IMG/VR virus record: IMGVR_UViG_3300032046_000037
Location: 1-51,656 of that record
DNA length: 51,656 nt
From: a virus
Taxonomy: Duplodnaviria; Caudoviricetes
Direction: 5' to 3' (one strand)
In this document: one piece after another, positions 19,721 to 30,017 of the stretch
How positions within the stretch are numbered: position 1 is the first letter of the stretch
Layout: the number at the start of each line of letters is the position of its first letter
Notes under the pieces: generated by a model
What the model was told of the DNA's origin: nothing
Databases searched by the model: none
The model's input: only the letters and a program-made list of their open reading frames with translations
Program-made: the position numbers and the translations under genes

Positions 19721-20116
19721 ATGCTTGGATTATCGTGCCAATATGACCCGGCTTCCCACTTTCTATTTGAGGGAAACTCCGAACCCGAATTGATGAGGTG
19801 GGTCAGGAGACAGTTACCCGAAGCCTCGCCTCTGCAGAACCAACTATTTATGTATCACCACCTCAAAGAGGATACCTTCGTCATAGGACTCTGGATAGAC
19901 AAACCACGTGGCAGGTTCGTGGATGCACTGAATATAGGTTATTCACTGACTGGCTTCGACAGGAGTATGGCACAGGGATTCATCCAGCACCTTATACATC
20001 CTGTTACGGCGGAAGAGACGATAAGAATGTTGCAGGAACACAAGACCGATTTTGACCACATTACCCAAAATAAAGCAGCGGCGGTTCAGGAGACTAATGA
20101 GAGAATGGGGGGATAG
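19721..20116 (+). CDS. Hypothetical protein
   Basis: 131-aa ORF, GAGGTG RBS. Confidence 0.7.
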   Translation: MLGLSCQYDPASHFLFEGNSEPELMRWVRRQLPEASPLQNQLFMYHHLKEDTFVIGLWIDKPRGRFVDALNIGYSLTGFDRSMAQGFIQHLIHPVTAEETIRMLQEHKTDFDHITQNKAAAVQETNERMGG

Positions 20117-20119
20117 ATT

Positions 20120-20308
20120 ATGGAAAAGACAGACCACGACCTTCTGATAGAGAATAATATAGTATTAAATCTACTGGCAAATGAGTTCAAAAACCATCTC
20201 CATCGCCATTGGGAAATAACCATGATAGCTCTTGCTTCGGGGATGACGGGGGTAATTAGCTTGATAGTGAGTGTTATTGTTCTTTTCTGCATCAAGAGAG
20301 GTGGATGA
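20120..20308 (+). CDS. Small membrane protein, holin-like candidate
   Basis: Short helix plus C-terminal TM segment and basic end. Confidence 0.5.
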   Translation: MEKTDHDLLIENNIVLNLLANEFKNHLHRHWEITMIALASGMTGVISLIVSVIVLFCIKRGG

Positions 20309-21222
20309 TGACCTCGGAATATGATGCAAGTTTCCTTTCACTGGCCGTTGCCGATACCAGAAGGAACATAGATGAGCCTATCATCAGTGCCAAGTATTCT
20401 ACTGCCGACATCATCAGACAGTTGGAGGCTTCCTACTCACAAATCCTCGGCGAATTGAACAGAAATACAAAAACTCCAGTTGTATTGAAGCCGGAGATTA
20501 CGGTGGGGGATGGGATATATAACTATGAACTGCCCCCCATCATAGCGTCCGTGTATGCCGTGTATGAACAGAATGAAAACGGATACAAGGTATTCTTTGA
20601 TTCAAGGGGAAGATTCAATCAATATGGACGAGGAATATGGATAGAAGGCAAGACGTTGTGCGTCCAGAATCCAGCCGATATAGGGGTTGGAACTATCCTG
20701 ACTATCGAATGTCTGCCACTTGGAACGGCCCGGTTGCATAATGGAGTATGCACCATAAGTGTAGCAGGAGATAAAGTAACACTTGCTGCCACTCCAAATG
20801 CAGGGACGCTGGATACTCACCAAAATGCCTATGCTGGGTCGATACTGCGAATCATAAAGGTATCCGGGGCAGGGGCAACGGGTGATTATATACAAGAGAG
20901 GATTATCACCGATTATGACAATACCACTCGTGTGGCTACTTTGAAAACTGCTCTTACCCCCAAACCAGTAGCCGGGACAAACGGGTCAATCTTTTATGAA
21001 ATAGCCCCTGCAATCAACCAAGGTTTGGATAGCATCATTGCGGCCTACACTGCTTACTACTTCATCAGTCTGGAGGGGAACCAAAAAAGAGCAATATCCA
21101 TATTGGCACTTTATCGTGACCAAATCAGACACCTGCGACTCACGGCTTATTATTCTAATTTGCAGGAAGCCAGTGTTGTGCATGGTGACGACTATCGAAA
21201 TCGCCGGTATAGGAATTACTGA
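20305..21222 (+). CDS. Head-tail adaptor (tail tubular A-like) protein
   Basis: N-terminal helices, NYELPP motif and C-terminal helical pair; position. Confidence 0.6.
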   Translation: MMTSEYDASFLSLAVADTRRNIDEPIISAKYSTADIIRQLEASYSQILGELNRNTKTPVVLKPEITVGDGIYNYELPPIIASVYAVYEQNENGYKVFFDSRGRFNQYGRGIWIEGKTLCVQNPADIGVGTILTIECLPLGTARLHNGVCTISVAGDKVTLAATPNAGTLDTHQNAYAGSILRIIKVSGAGATGDYIQERIITDYDNTTRVATLKTALTPKPVAGTNGSIFYEIAPAINQGLDSIIAAYTAYYFISLEGNQKRAISILALYRDQIRHLRLTAYYSNLQEASVVHGDDYRNRRYRNY

Positions 21223-21227
21223 TACTA

Positions 21228-23750
21228 ATGGCTGATGTTCTTTTAGATTCTGGGATAAAAATGGAGACTGAAGGGGGAGTTCCTGCCCCGGTGATGCGGG
21301 GAGATTTCGTGCCTTCGGTCGATGCAACTCTTGTAGATGGATTTGGTCTAACTACACCCTGGGGCGGAGGGGCATTGGTTAGAGACTATGGAGCATATTA
21401 CGATGAGTCAGGTTCTGCAGAGGCACAACGAATGAACGACTTGGTTGACTTGATTAGGAACATAGCGACCACCGCCAAACAAACGGTAATCAATTATAGT
21501 TTTGGCGGAATGGTTGGGGCGGCAGGCCCTCCGGGACCATCAGGACCACCGGGATTGCCCGGCGTTGGAATAATGGGACCTGCTGGTGCAAAAGGTCTGG
21601 CAGGAACAATTCTCATCCATCAACCCACCTGGACTGGGGACTTCTATTCCAATACTCCGACTGCTGGAAAGGTGTCGTGGTCAACTGGGACACTGACATA
21701 TCAAGGGGCCGAATATACAATAACAGCAAATTCGGCAGGGACTACAGATACGTTTATATACTGGGACTTGGCTTCTTCTACAATCTTTCAATCCACTAAT
21801 GACAGGAACGAAGCGGTTGGTGCAGATAGGTTCTTGATGTGTTACAACGATGAAGGGAGTGCCTTTGATATTACCGGCGGCCAGATGATTCCGGGGCAGT
21901 TAATTCTAGATGAAACCATCCTTGCTGATGCTTTGGCCGACAATGCAGTTACAACTGCCAAACTCGAATCACTTGCCGTGGATGCTTCCAAGTTGGCTAG
22001 TTCGGCTGTCACCGAAGGTAAGATAGCGGCTGCTGCCGTGACTGCTGCCAAGACATCTCTTGCTGCCATCAATGCCACGACTGGGACACTTAATAATAAT
22101 ACAGTGGGGACTAACCAGATTTACAATGGGGCAGTTACGACATTAAAGATTCTGGCAGATGCGGTTACAGCAGCCAAGATAAATGTGGCGGGACTTGATG
22201 GAACAACCGGCGATGTTTCGGCCAACCATATAGTGGCCACTATGTTACAAGCAGGATGTGTCACTACCGAAAAGATTTATGCCGGGGCTGTCACGGCTAA
22301 TAAATTGACTCTTCTTAATTTCATATTGTCGGAGGGAATTTGGACCGACAACTCACCCACAGCAGTTGAAGTTACTTGGGCTGGTTGCAAGGTCGTATAT
22401 AATGGAACGGAGTATCCGATTGTTATGGGGGGTAATACTTCCGATAAATTCATCTATTGGCAATCTGCCTCTCCATATGAATTTGCAACATCAGATACTC
22501 TTCCTTCTCTTGGTGATAGCGACTTCATTGTAGCGGAAAATCTGTTGGGGACCCATATTCTTGTTTGGAACTCAACGGTGGTAGATGGAGGCAGGATAAG
22601 GACGGGGAGTGTAACGGCCACACAGATTCAGGCATCGACAATAACGGCCAACGAGTTGGCTGCCGATGCAGTGATAGCGGCCAAGATACTTGCAGGGGCA
22701 GTCACAACGGCCAAACTCACCATAGCCAGCCACTTTGTTGATAACTTGGTCTTAACGAATAATAGTCCATCAGCCGGATATATTGCGTGGTCTGCTTGCA
22801 CCATGACTTATAATGGGACGCAACAATCTATTTCGGGGGGTAATACCGCTGAAAAATATATATATTGGGATTTTGATACAACTCCTACTGTGTTCCGAAC
22901 TTCCGCCACTAAACCATCACTGACGGCATCCGATTGTCTGATTGCCATTAACGATACCGGAACTGCCAGACAGGTTCTGGGGGCTACTCTGATTCACGGC
23001 AATTCCATTATGGCAGGGTCCATCTATGCAGATGAGATTGCTGCCCTTACAATCACGGCAGCGAAGATTGCTACTGATGCCATAACCGCCGACAAAATTC
23101 AAGCTAATGCCGTAACAGCCAATAAGATTCTGGCAGGAGAGATAGGCACCAATCATCTGGTTGCAGGGGCAGTTACTTCGGCAAAGATAGCTGCCAATAC
23201 CATTGTAGCTGCCAATATAGCTACCGGGGTTATAACGGCTAATGAAGTAAATGTTGCTTCGCTTAAAGCCGCTATCCTTACTGTAGGATGTATAACTGCG
23301 GCATCAGGTTACATAGCGGATTTGGCCGTAGAAACACTCAAAATAAAGGGGTCGGCAGTAACCACGCCTAAAATAGCGGATGATGCTACCCGAATACTTG
23401 AGATGGAAAATACGGCAGGGGGTGTGGAATACGGCACAACAGAGGTAACAATACAATCTTGCCCAATAACAAGTTTGGGGAATGGAATAACCGTATTTTT
23501 TAATACGAAACTAGTATCAGTTGCACCTCCTTATACCGCTTATACCACTTTAAGGTTATTAAGGAACACTACACAAATATGGATGGCCGATTATAGTATT
23601 GGAACGAGTCAAGAAGTCTCTTATACCAAACTGGATTTCCCAGTGGCGGGAAGTTATACGTATTATCTCATGGCCAAAATATACTATGTAAATAAAAACG
23701 GAATAGCATCAGAACGGGTTATAAAATTAGAGGAATCAAAGGGCAAATGA
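21228..23750 (+). CDS. Tail fibre-like protein
   Basis: Collagen-like GPPGPSGPPGLPG, many AVTxxKI repeats, three copies of a (F/Y)IYW domain. Confidence 0.8.
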   Translation: MADVLLDSGIKMETEGGVPAPVMRGDFVPSVDATLVDGFGLTTPWGGGALVRDYGAYYDESGSAEAQRMNDLVDLIRNIATTAKQTVINYSFGGMVGAAGPPGPSGPPGLPGVGIMGPAGAKGLAGTILIHQPTWTGDFYSNTPTAGKVSWSTGTLTYQGAEYTITANSAGTTDTFIYWDLASSTIFQSTNDRNEAVGADRFLMCYNDEGSAFDITGGQMIPGQLILDETILADALADNAVTTAKLESLAVDASKLASSAVTEGKIAAAAVTAAKTSLAAINATTGTLNNNTVGTNQIYNGAVTTLKILADAVTAAKINVAGLDGTTGDVSANHIVATMLQAGCVTTEKIYAGAVTANKLTLLNFILSEGIWTDNSPTAVEVTWAGCKVVYNGTEYPIVMGGNTSDKFIYWQSASPYEFATSDTLPSLGDSDFIVAENLLGTHILVWNSTVVDGGRIRTGSVTATQIQASTITANELAADAVIAAKILAGAVTTAKLTIASHFVDNLVLTNNSPSAGYIAWSACTMTYNGTQQSISGGNTAEKYIYWDFDTTPTVFRTSATKPSLTASDCLIAINDTGTARQVLGATLIHGNSIMAGSIYADEIAALTITAAKIATDAITADKIQANAVTANKILAGEIGTNHLVAGAVTSAKIAANTIVAANIATGVITANEVNVASLKAAILTVGCITAASGYIADLAVETLKIKGSAVTTPKIADDATRILEMENTAGGVEYGTTEVTIQSCPITSLGNGITVFFNTKLVSVAPPYTAYTTLRLLRNTTQIWMADYSIGTSQEVSYTKLDFPVAGSYTYYLMAKIYYVNKNGIASERVIKLEESKGK

Positions 23751-23923
23751 AAAAATATGTAATATATGATAAAGAAGGAAATATCTTGTCTTTTGGGATT
23801 CACTCAAATCAAACATTTGAGGATTTACAGCAACAGGGAAAACGGATTATTGAAGTCTCGTCTTTGTCCTCTGATTTAGACCTTACTCACAAAATAGTTG
23901 ACGGAAAGGTAGTAGATAAATGA
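23747..23923 (+). CDS. Small protein (58 aa), possible fibre chaperone; not in ORF track
   Basis: MKKYVIYDKEGNIL...HKIVDGKVVDK, ATGA-coupled at both ends. Confidence 0.65.
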   Translation: MKKYVIYDKEGNILSFGIHSNQTFEDLQQQGKRIIEVSSLSSDLDLTHKIVDGKVVDK

Positions 23924-26547
23924 CAATATCTCTTCCTAGAAATTATATTGCCTATCCCATGGTAGGACCCCGGATGGACAAGTCCACGCCTCCTACCCAC
24001 GTCCAGCCGGGTAACTTCAGCCACCTATGCGGGGTGGATGGGAGATACCTTGGCTGCCTCCACAAGTTCTATGGAATGACAGAAGTTGTAGATTTGGTTG
24101 ATAAAGGATTTCCAATAGATTCATATAGTGGCCCATCCTTCTTTAGGTATGTTGCTTTTGAACAGATAGGAACCCCCCTTGTCTATCGTGGGTTCGTTGT
24201 CAGGTGGGATGGAACCGGTAGTTTGACAGACCAACGGGTTGATTTGTTCTATACTCTTGATAATGGTTCCAACTGGTATCAGCATACAATATGGGCAACG
24301 GGAGAGGGAAATGGTATAACCAATGCTCTTGAGATGGACTGTGCAACGAATGAAGGATACCTGTTCGTATGTGTAAAAGGTAAGCAGCCTAAGACCATAT
24401 ATTGGAATGGTTCACAGTTAAAAACGGCAGATATGGGGCCGGGAGCATTTAGTGCCGCCCTCGGTGCTCTTACACTGTATGGTTCACCATCCAAAGACAG
24501 CAATCATTATCTAAAGGGAAATGGGGCATATCAAGTAGCGTGGAGATTCTATGATTCAAAACGGGGAATCTATAGTGCATTAAGCAATCCTATTACCATA
24601 AAACTGGATGTTACCAAGACAACTGCTGCCACTGGAAGTATCTCTTTCAACCTCAGTGGTAGTGATGACGGTAAGATGGTAGCCGGAGATACGATAACCA
24701 TAAATACCAGAACATATAGATATATTGATAGCGGGGGGGATGTTACCATTCCCGTTGCAAGTCCTGATACTACTGCCGGTCATTGTCAGGCAATAACAGA
24801 TGCTATAAATGGGGATACCAATGCAACTGTAACAGCAATAGCGGGAGAAACATCGGTAACACTCACTGCTAAGACAAGAGGGGCAGAGGGAAATAGTTAT
24901 GGTCTGTCCATATCCGAAGAACCCCCCAGTCAAGATGATATATCCGTAAGCGGGACCCATATGGTCGATGGCGGGGCTTCTACAACCGACCCGGAGGAAC
25001 AGTGCAAGGCAGTATTGGATTTTCCAAATAGTGATACCGACCCAAGAGTATTAGCAGGGGAAGAATATGCCGACTTTGCGGAATTATTCGATACAATAGA
25101 TGTGTTCAGGTCAATCGACTTGGGAAGTTCCACCGCCGGTCAGATGGGAGCTATCCTTTATTTGGAAAAGACCATTGCTATGCCGACAGAGGAGGATTGG
25201 GACGAACTGAAAGTTACGATTGGAACGATAATGGATGAAGCATTGGTATTTCAAACGATGTATGACCCAGAGAAAGATACCGTTACTTCTCCCCCACAGG
25301 CGGGAACGATAGGAAGGTATCAGAGAATTACCTTTATGGCTGATGGGGTCGATACTTTGCATAGTAGTATGGAACATACCTCTGCAGAATACTTCTCTAC
25401 CTACAACCGCCGTTTCGGGTCTGTGGATGAGGGAGAACCACTGCGGTATTTCGTGGCTGCAGATTCCTTGTTTATTCTTGCACCAAGTGCCATTATTCAC
25501 TGTTTCAAAAGTATGCAAGGGAGGCCTCTACAATTCACCATCCTACATATGCAACGGGGTCTGGCTGGGAAGGGAGCCGCCCACGTAGTGGGAAATAGTA
25601 TCCTAATGTTGACGGGGATGGGACTGGTTATACTCAATGCAAGTGATGGAAGTATGGGTCAAATCTCCACATTGGACAGATTGTTCGCAGGAGATTGGGT
25701 CTCCTATCTGTCCAAGATAGAAAGTTGTTATGACTCTGTTCTTAATGCTTCTTTCTTTCTCAATCCAGAGCCATCCATAGGAGAAATGGCTGTAGTCTGG
25801 CATTCCACCCAGCTTGTCAATATGCTTGAAGGAGCGAACTTCGTCTCGGCAAGTATGGGGTTGGATATAGCCACCGCCAAAGCGGTAAGAGCATATTTCA
25901 TAACCAAGACAGGACTGATTGTAAGTCCTGCTATTACCACATCAGGTAGCGGGACTATGTGGGGATTTGCTAATTATCCTATTACTCCTAACGGCATTGC
26001 AACAACGGCTGGAGAGAGCCTCGTTGCATCTGCTGCTACTTTCCACGCTGATATGGTAGGTGCTCTATGTTATATGACGAGTGGGGCAAACGCAGGGAAA
26101 TACAAGGAAATACTCACCGTGAATCCAACGACAAAGACCCTTACTTTTACGTCCAAGTTCGGCTCGACTATCGCTGTTGGAGACCGATTTGCGATTAGCC
26201 CTGTGCCGTTCAAAGCCCGATTGTGGCCTCTGCAGGACGCAGAAACCCGCAAGTTCCAACGGTGGATTATGACGGGTATAGCACTCAAAGTAAGTGGGTG
26301 GAGTAGCACCGCCAATAATCCCAATGATGTGTGGCGGGTGGGGGCATACAGGAATGGGAGTGCCACGCTGGTGAGTAATACGGTGGAGATAGATGTAACG
26401 GAAAATCCACAGGATTCTGCAGGGGTTCTCAGTGTGGATGGTATAGATGTAGAACCCTATATAGAGCAAATCGCTGCGGGCGTGGATTTTGAGTTGACAG
26501 AAGTGGAAATTTCAGTTACAATGACGGATAGTAGAAAGGTTGGATAA
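23920..26547 (+). CDS. Tail nozzle/tubular B-like structural protein
   Basis: 875 aa, beta-rich, between fibre and internal proteins; position-based. Confidence 0.55.
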   Translation: MTISLPRNYIAYPMVGPRMDKSTPPTHVQPGNFSHLCGVDGRYLGCLHKFYGMTEVVDLVDKGFPIDSYSGPSFFRYVAFEQIGTPLVYRGFVVRWDGTGSLTDQRVDLFYTLDNGSNWYQHTIWATGEGNGITNALEMDCATNEGYLFVCVKGKQPKTIYWNGSQLKTADMGPGAFSAALGALTLYGSPSKDSNHYLKGNGAYQVAWRFYDSKRGIYSALSNPITIKLDVTKTTAATGSISFNLSGSDDGKMVAGDTITINTRTYRYIDSGGDVTIPVASPDTTAGHCQAITDAINGDTNATVTAIAGETSVTLTAKTRGAEGNSYGLSISEEPPSQDDISVSGTHMVDGGASTTDPEEQCKAVLDFPNSDTDPRVLAGEEYADFAELFDTIDVFRSIDLGSSTAGQMGAILYLEKTIAMPTEEDWDELKVTIGTIMDEALVFQTMYDPEKDTVTSPPQAGTIGRYQRITFMADGVDTLHSSMEHTSAEYFSTYNRRFGSVDEGEPLRYFVAADSLFILAPSAIIHCFKSMQGRPLQFTILHMQRGLAGKGAAHVVGNSILMLTGMGLVILNASDGSMGQISTLDRLFAGDWVSYLSKIESCYDSVLNASFFLNPEPSIGEMAVVWHSTQLVNMLEGANFVSASMGLDIATAKAVRAYFITKTGLIVSPAITTSGSGTMWGFANYPITPNGIATTAGESLVASAATFHADMVGALCYMTSGANAGKYKEILTVNPTTKTLTFTSKFGSTIAVGDRFAISPVPFKARLWPLQDAETRKFQRWIMTGIALKVSGWSSTANNPNDVWRVGAYRNGSATLVSNTVEIDVTENPQDSAGVLSVDGIDVEPYIEQIAAGVDFELTEVEISVTMTDSRKVG

Positions 26548-26549
26548 AT

Positions 26550-27638
26550 ATGACTTTGGCTGCGACTGTAAATCCAAATGCTTTCCTAAAGCCGACAGAC
26601 CCCGCTGCGGCATGGTCAGACCCTATAAACTATGAGGCATTGAATAAGGCGATACAGGAGGCTGCTACTAGAACAAGGAATGTGGTAGGGCCAATGAGTC
26701 TTCCAAAAGTAGTTGTTCCTAGTGCTCCTCAACGCTATGGATTTTCACCCGGAGGAATCAATCCCTTGACTGGACAGCCGGAAATAACGTGGTCATCATC
26801 GGGAGGGTTTCATGCAGCACCTCCTTTAGATATGACTGCTCAGGAGACGGCAGAGAAAGCGGCAAAGTTGCAAATAGAAGGATTACGAACAGGATATGCA
26901 ACTCAGGCTAAAGCCAAGAAACAGGAGGCGGAAAAAGCTGCTACGAGCCTTGAGATGATGGGTGCCCAAACGCAGGCAAGTATGCAGTATTATGCCAAGT
27001 TACAGGAGCAGGCGGGTCAGCGTGTTACTGAATCGGCTGCCCTGTGGAAAGGTGTAACGGAGAAGGCAGACGAATATGTGCAGAGTAGTAAAGACCGTTT
27101 GGCTGATACACTGGGCAGGTTAGATGTAATCAATACGAAGATGTGGACAGATATGGACTTCTCCAAGGCACACGATATGCAGATTGCAGTGCAGTCTTCG
27201 CTTGGGACGATAGGGGCGGAAGATAGGAATATAGCCGAAAGATATGGTGTAGAGAGTCCTGAATATGCATCATTCCAGAATAGCAAAAAGATGACATTGG
27301 CGACTATGCAGAGCAATCTACATTCTACCTATGCCAAGCTGGGGGAACAACGGTGGGAGACATATTTGCAGGCTACAAACGAGGCATTATATCGTGGTAA
27401 TATGTTCATAAATTATGCAGAACAGCAGCACGTGCAGACCTTGCAGCTTGCTACCCAGAGTTCTGATACTTACAATATGCAAAATGCCCAATTCCAAGTG
27501 AGTGTGGAGCAACTTCGGATGGCGGGATTGGAGAATCTTGCAAATTGGTTGGTGCAGACACCAGTATTTTCTATGGATGTAGTGCCTACCATTACCGCCA
27601 TCGCTGATGTAGTTAGGACAGTTACTTTGGGGGCGTAG
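26550..27638 (+). CDS. Putative internal virion (ejection) protein
   Basis: Ala/Gln-rich helical protein after tail genes. Confidence 0.55.
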   Translation: MTLAATVNPNAFLKPTDPAAAWSDPINYEALNKAIQEAATRTRNVVGPMSLPKVVVPSAPQRYGFSPGGINPLTGQPEITWSSSGGFHAAPPLDMTAQETAEKAAKLQIEGLRTGYATQAKAKKQEAEKAATSLEMMGAQTQASMQYYAKLQEQAGQRVTESAALWKGVTEKADEYVQSSKDRLADTLGRLDVINTKMWTDMDFSKAHDMQIAVQSSLGTIGAEDRNIAERYGVESPEYASFQNSKKMTLATMQSNLHSTYAKLGEQRWETYLQATNEALYRGNMFINYAEQQHVQTLQLATQSSDTYNMQNAQFQVSVEQLRMAGLENLANWLVQTPVFSMDVVPTITAIADVVRTVTLGA

Positions 27639-27666
27639 CATAGAATAGAATAGAAGGGAACATAAT

Positions 27667-29127
27667 ATGGCACGAGCACAGGAAGGTGGACAATCGGTTG
27701 GTGGGGCGTTAGACCCTTTTGTTACTGGTTCTATATTACAAGGTAAGCAATTAGCCGAGAGCCGTTTGATTGAGTCGATGAGACAAGCTGGAGAGACAGA
27801 ACGGACGAAGATTGCTGCTGGAACACAAGTGCAGACTACGGGCATGCGAGAGGCTGGAGAGACGCAACGGGCAGCTATGCAGGCGGCAGAGGCTGATAAG
27901 AGGGCTGCCGAACAGCTAAAGGACAATGCTATGATAAGAGAACATCAGACTGCTATGGTGAGGTTGGCAGACCAACTTGCCTCTGAAAGAGAGCGTGTAG
28001 AGCGTGAATATAACGAAGCTATTGCCAGAGGAAGTAAGGAAGATATAGAGAAGTGGCAGAAAAGAGTAATGGGAATTAGCCTCCTTCAATACACTGCCGA
28101 TAGACAAGACCACGAAGATGCACAAGGGACAATATCTCAAATGCTTGATATTGTATCCAAGAGGAATGTAGATAAGGTGCGTAGTGCACAGGCAATGCAA
28201 GACCAGGTAAAGACCCAGAGAGTCAACAGCACAGTCTATAATCAGATAAGCAATGAGACGATAAAGGATTTGCAGGATAATCCGTCTTTTTATGAGACTC
28301 CGAAGGAAGAAGAGTTGGAGGCAAGAGTCAGAGGACGCACGGCGGTCTCTGGAGTGGATATATACTTTAATAATAAAATGAAGGATATAGGATTGCTGGG
28401 TGTAACTGCTGACTTGTTCCGACCAGAAGGAAGGGACAGATTGCGTGAAATGGTTGAGACAAGGAAGATTGGATTTGGAGACATCCTGAAAGTCAGGGCT
28501 GTTATAGATGCCATCGACAATACTCTTGCTGGACGAAAGACAGAACTAAAGAGGGAGAAACTAACAGAGAAAGTTCCTGGCAGAGTTATGCTGCCATTTG
28601 AATCCTTATTTGCTCCAAAGAAGGGACAGGAGGTAGCTCCTATTAAAGAGGGTGAGACTATTCTTGGTGTTGGTCCTGCTGTGGGAAGGGATGTGTGGAG
28701 AGAACCTCCCAAGACAGTAAAGACCATTGTTGGCAAGGAGGCCAATATGAGGAGAATACAAAGTGCAAATGTAGCAGCAATGAAACTTGGTTTGCAGAGA
28801 CTGGGAGACATGAAGACACCAGAGGGCAAGATGATAAGAGATGCCTTGAGTGTTGCCGATGGAACCTCCGTGAATGATATTCTGGTCAGTGACCTCGCCG
28901 GACTTGGTAAGGATACCCCCGATGAAACCGACATTAGCACGCTTGCAGATATAGCCCGCACCAGATTGCAGTCACGAAATCCCTTGTCTTATCTGCAATG
29001 GGGACTGGATAATGATGTGATTGATAAAGAAGTGTATGATATGTATGCTCCCCTATATTTGGGTAAAGACAAAGCCCTTGGCAGGACATTTGATGTAAAT
29101 AGTTTGCCAGTGGAAGTATTGCCATAA
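27667..29127 (+). CDS. Putative internal virion protein
   Basis: Coiled-coil-rich 486-aa ORF. Confidence 0.55.
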   Translation: MARAQEGGQSVGGALDPFVTGSILQGKQLAESRLIESMRQAGETERTKIAAGTQVQTTGMREAGETQRAAMQAAEADKRAAEQLKDNAMIREHQTAMVRLADQLASERERVEREYNEAIARGSKEDIEKWQKRVMGISLLQYTADRQDHEDAQGTISQMLDIVSKRNVDKVRSAQAMQDQVKTQRVNSTVYNQISNETIKDLQDNPSFYETPKEEELEARVRGRTAVSGVDIYFNNKMKDIGLLGVTADLFRPEGRDRLREMVETRKIGFGDILKVRAVIDAIDNTLAGRKTELKREKLTEKVPGRVMLPFESLFAPKKGQEVAPIKEGETILGVGPAVGRDVWREPPKTVKTIVGKEANMRRIQSANVAAMKLGLQRLGDMKTPEGKMIRDALSVADGTSVNDILVSDLAGLGKDTPDETDISTLADIARTRLQSRNPLSYLQWGLDNDVIDKEVYDMYAPLYLGKDKALGRTFDVNSLPVEVLP

Positions 29128-29139
29128 GGAGGATGTGAT

Positions 29140-29571
29140 ATGCTTGCGGCATTAGCTAAATTACCTTTGATGTGGAAGATAATCCTTGGGGTATTGGGGC
29201 TTAAGGCGGCAGATTGGGCTGGTGAGAAACTATCTGGCCGGGTCGCAGGAGAGATGCGTCTTGGGGAAGCCCAACTAGCATTACAGAAGGCTATGTTCGA
29301 GGGACAGCAGGAGGCAGGCAAACTAGGTTTCCGTGAATCAGCCAAGACTACTGAGAATATAATGAGGATGGTGACGCAGGGAAAGGCACAAGAAAGGTTG
29401 GATGCCCGTGAACTTATGGCTTTGCAATACAGGATGGGGGGCGAACAGAGCAGAACTGCTATGATGATGGCACTCATTCAGGCTTTAGCTCAAGCTGGGC
29501 AGAATAGACCACAGTTACCGATGCCTTCGTCTCCTGTAACTATGTCTGCACTCCTGAGAGGAGGTTACTAA
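29140..29571 (+). CDS. Putative internal virion protein with hydrophobic N-terminus
   Basis: AGGAGG RBS; Met/Gln/Ala-rich. Confidence 0.6.
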   Translation: MLAALAKLPLMWKIILGVLGLKAADWAGEKLSGRVAGEMRLGEAQLALQKAMFEGQQEAGKLGFRESAKTTENIMRMVTQGKAQERLDARELMALQYRMGGEQSRTAMMMALIQALAQAGQNRPQLPMPSSPVTMSALLRGGY

Positions 29572-29572
29572 T

Positions 29573-29989
29573 ATGGCAATTGATTATGCCACAGCCGTAG
29601 AAGATATAATGAGTAATCCTTCCTTCACAACGGATACAGCCACGGAAGCATTGAAGGCTCTTGGTCGTAATAGGAAAAAAGGATGGAGTAATATCTTCAA
29701 AGGCAAAGAGGGTATGGGTAAGACGATGGGGGCAGGATTACTCGGTCTGATTCTATATCAGTATATAACCCAGATACTGGAAGGACGCAAAGAATCAAAG
29801 ATGATGAACTTGCAAGCAGGTGGAATGAGAGAGCAGGCAGAGGCAATAGACCCACAAGCTATGATGTATCAAGCGATGATACCACAGCAACAGGCAAGTC
29901 AGCAACTTGCACAGGAGGCTTTAATCCGGCAATTACTTGGAACTACGGGGCCAAGTCTAGCAAGGGGCGAAAGTCTTGTGGGCAGATAG
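29573..29989 (+). CDS. Putative internal virion protein
   Basis: GGAGG RBS; Met/Gln-rich with one hydrophobic segment. Confidence 0.6.
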   Translation: MAIDYATAVEDIMSNPSFTTDTATEALKALGRNRKKGWSNIFKGKEGMGKTMGAGLLGLILYQYITQILEGRKESKMMNLQAGGMREQAEAIDPQAMMYQAMIPQQQASQQLAQEALIRQLLGTTGPSLARGESLVGR

Positions 29990-30017
29990 CAGAAGGCAGG
30001 AAGGAAGATGAAAATTT

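Noticed and set aside
21228-26547. Diversity-generating retroelement targeting tail genes
   Set aside because: No reverse transcriptase and no adenine-variant template/variable repeat pair seen
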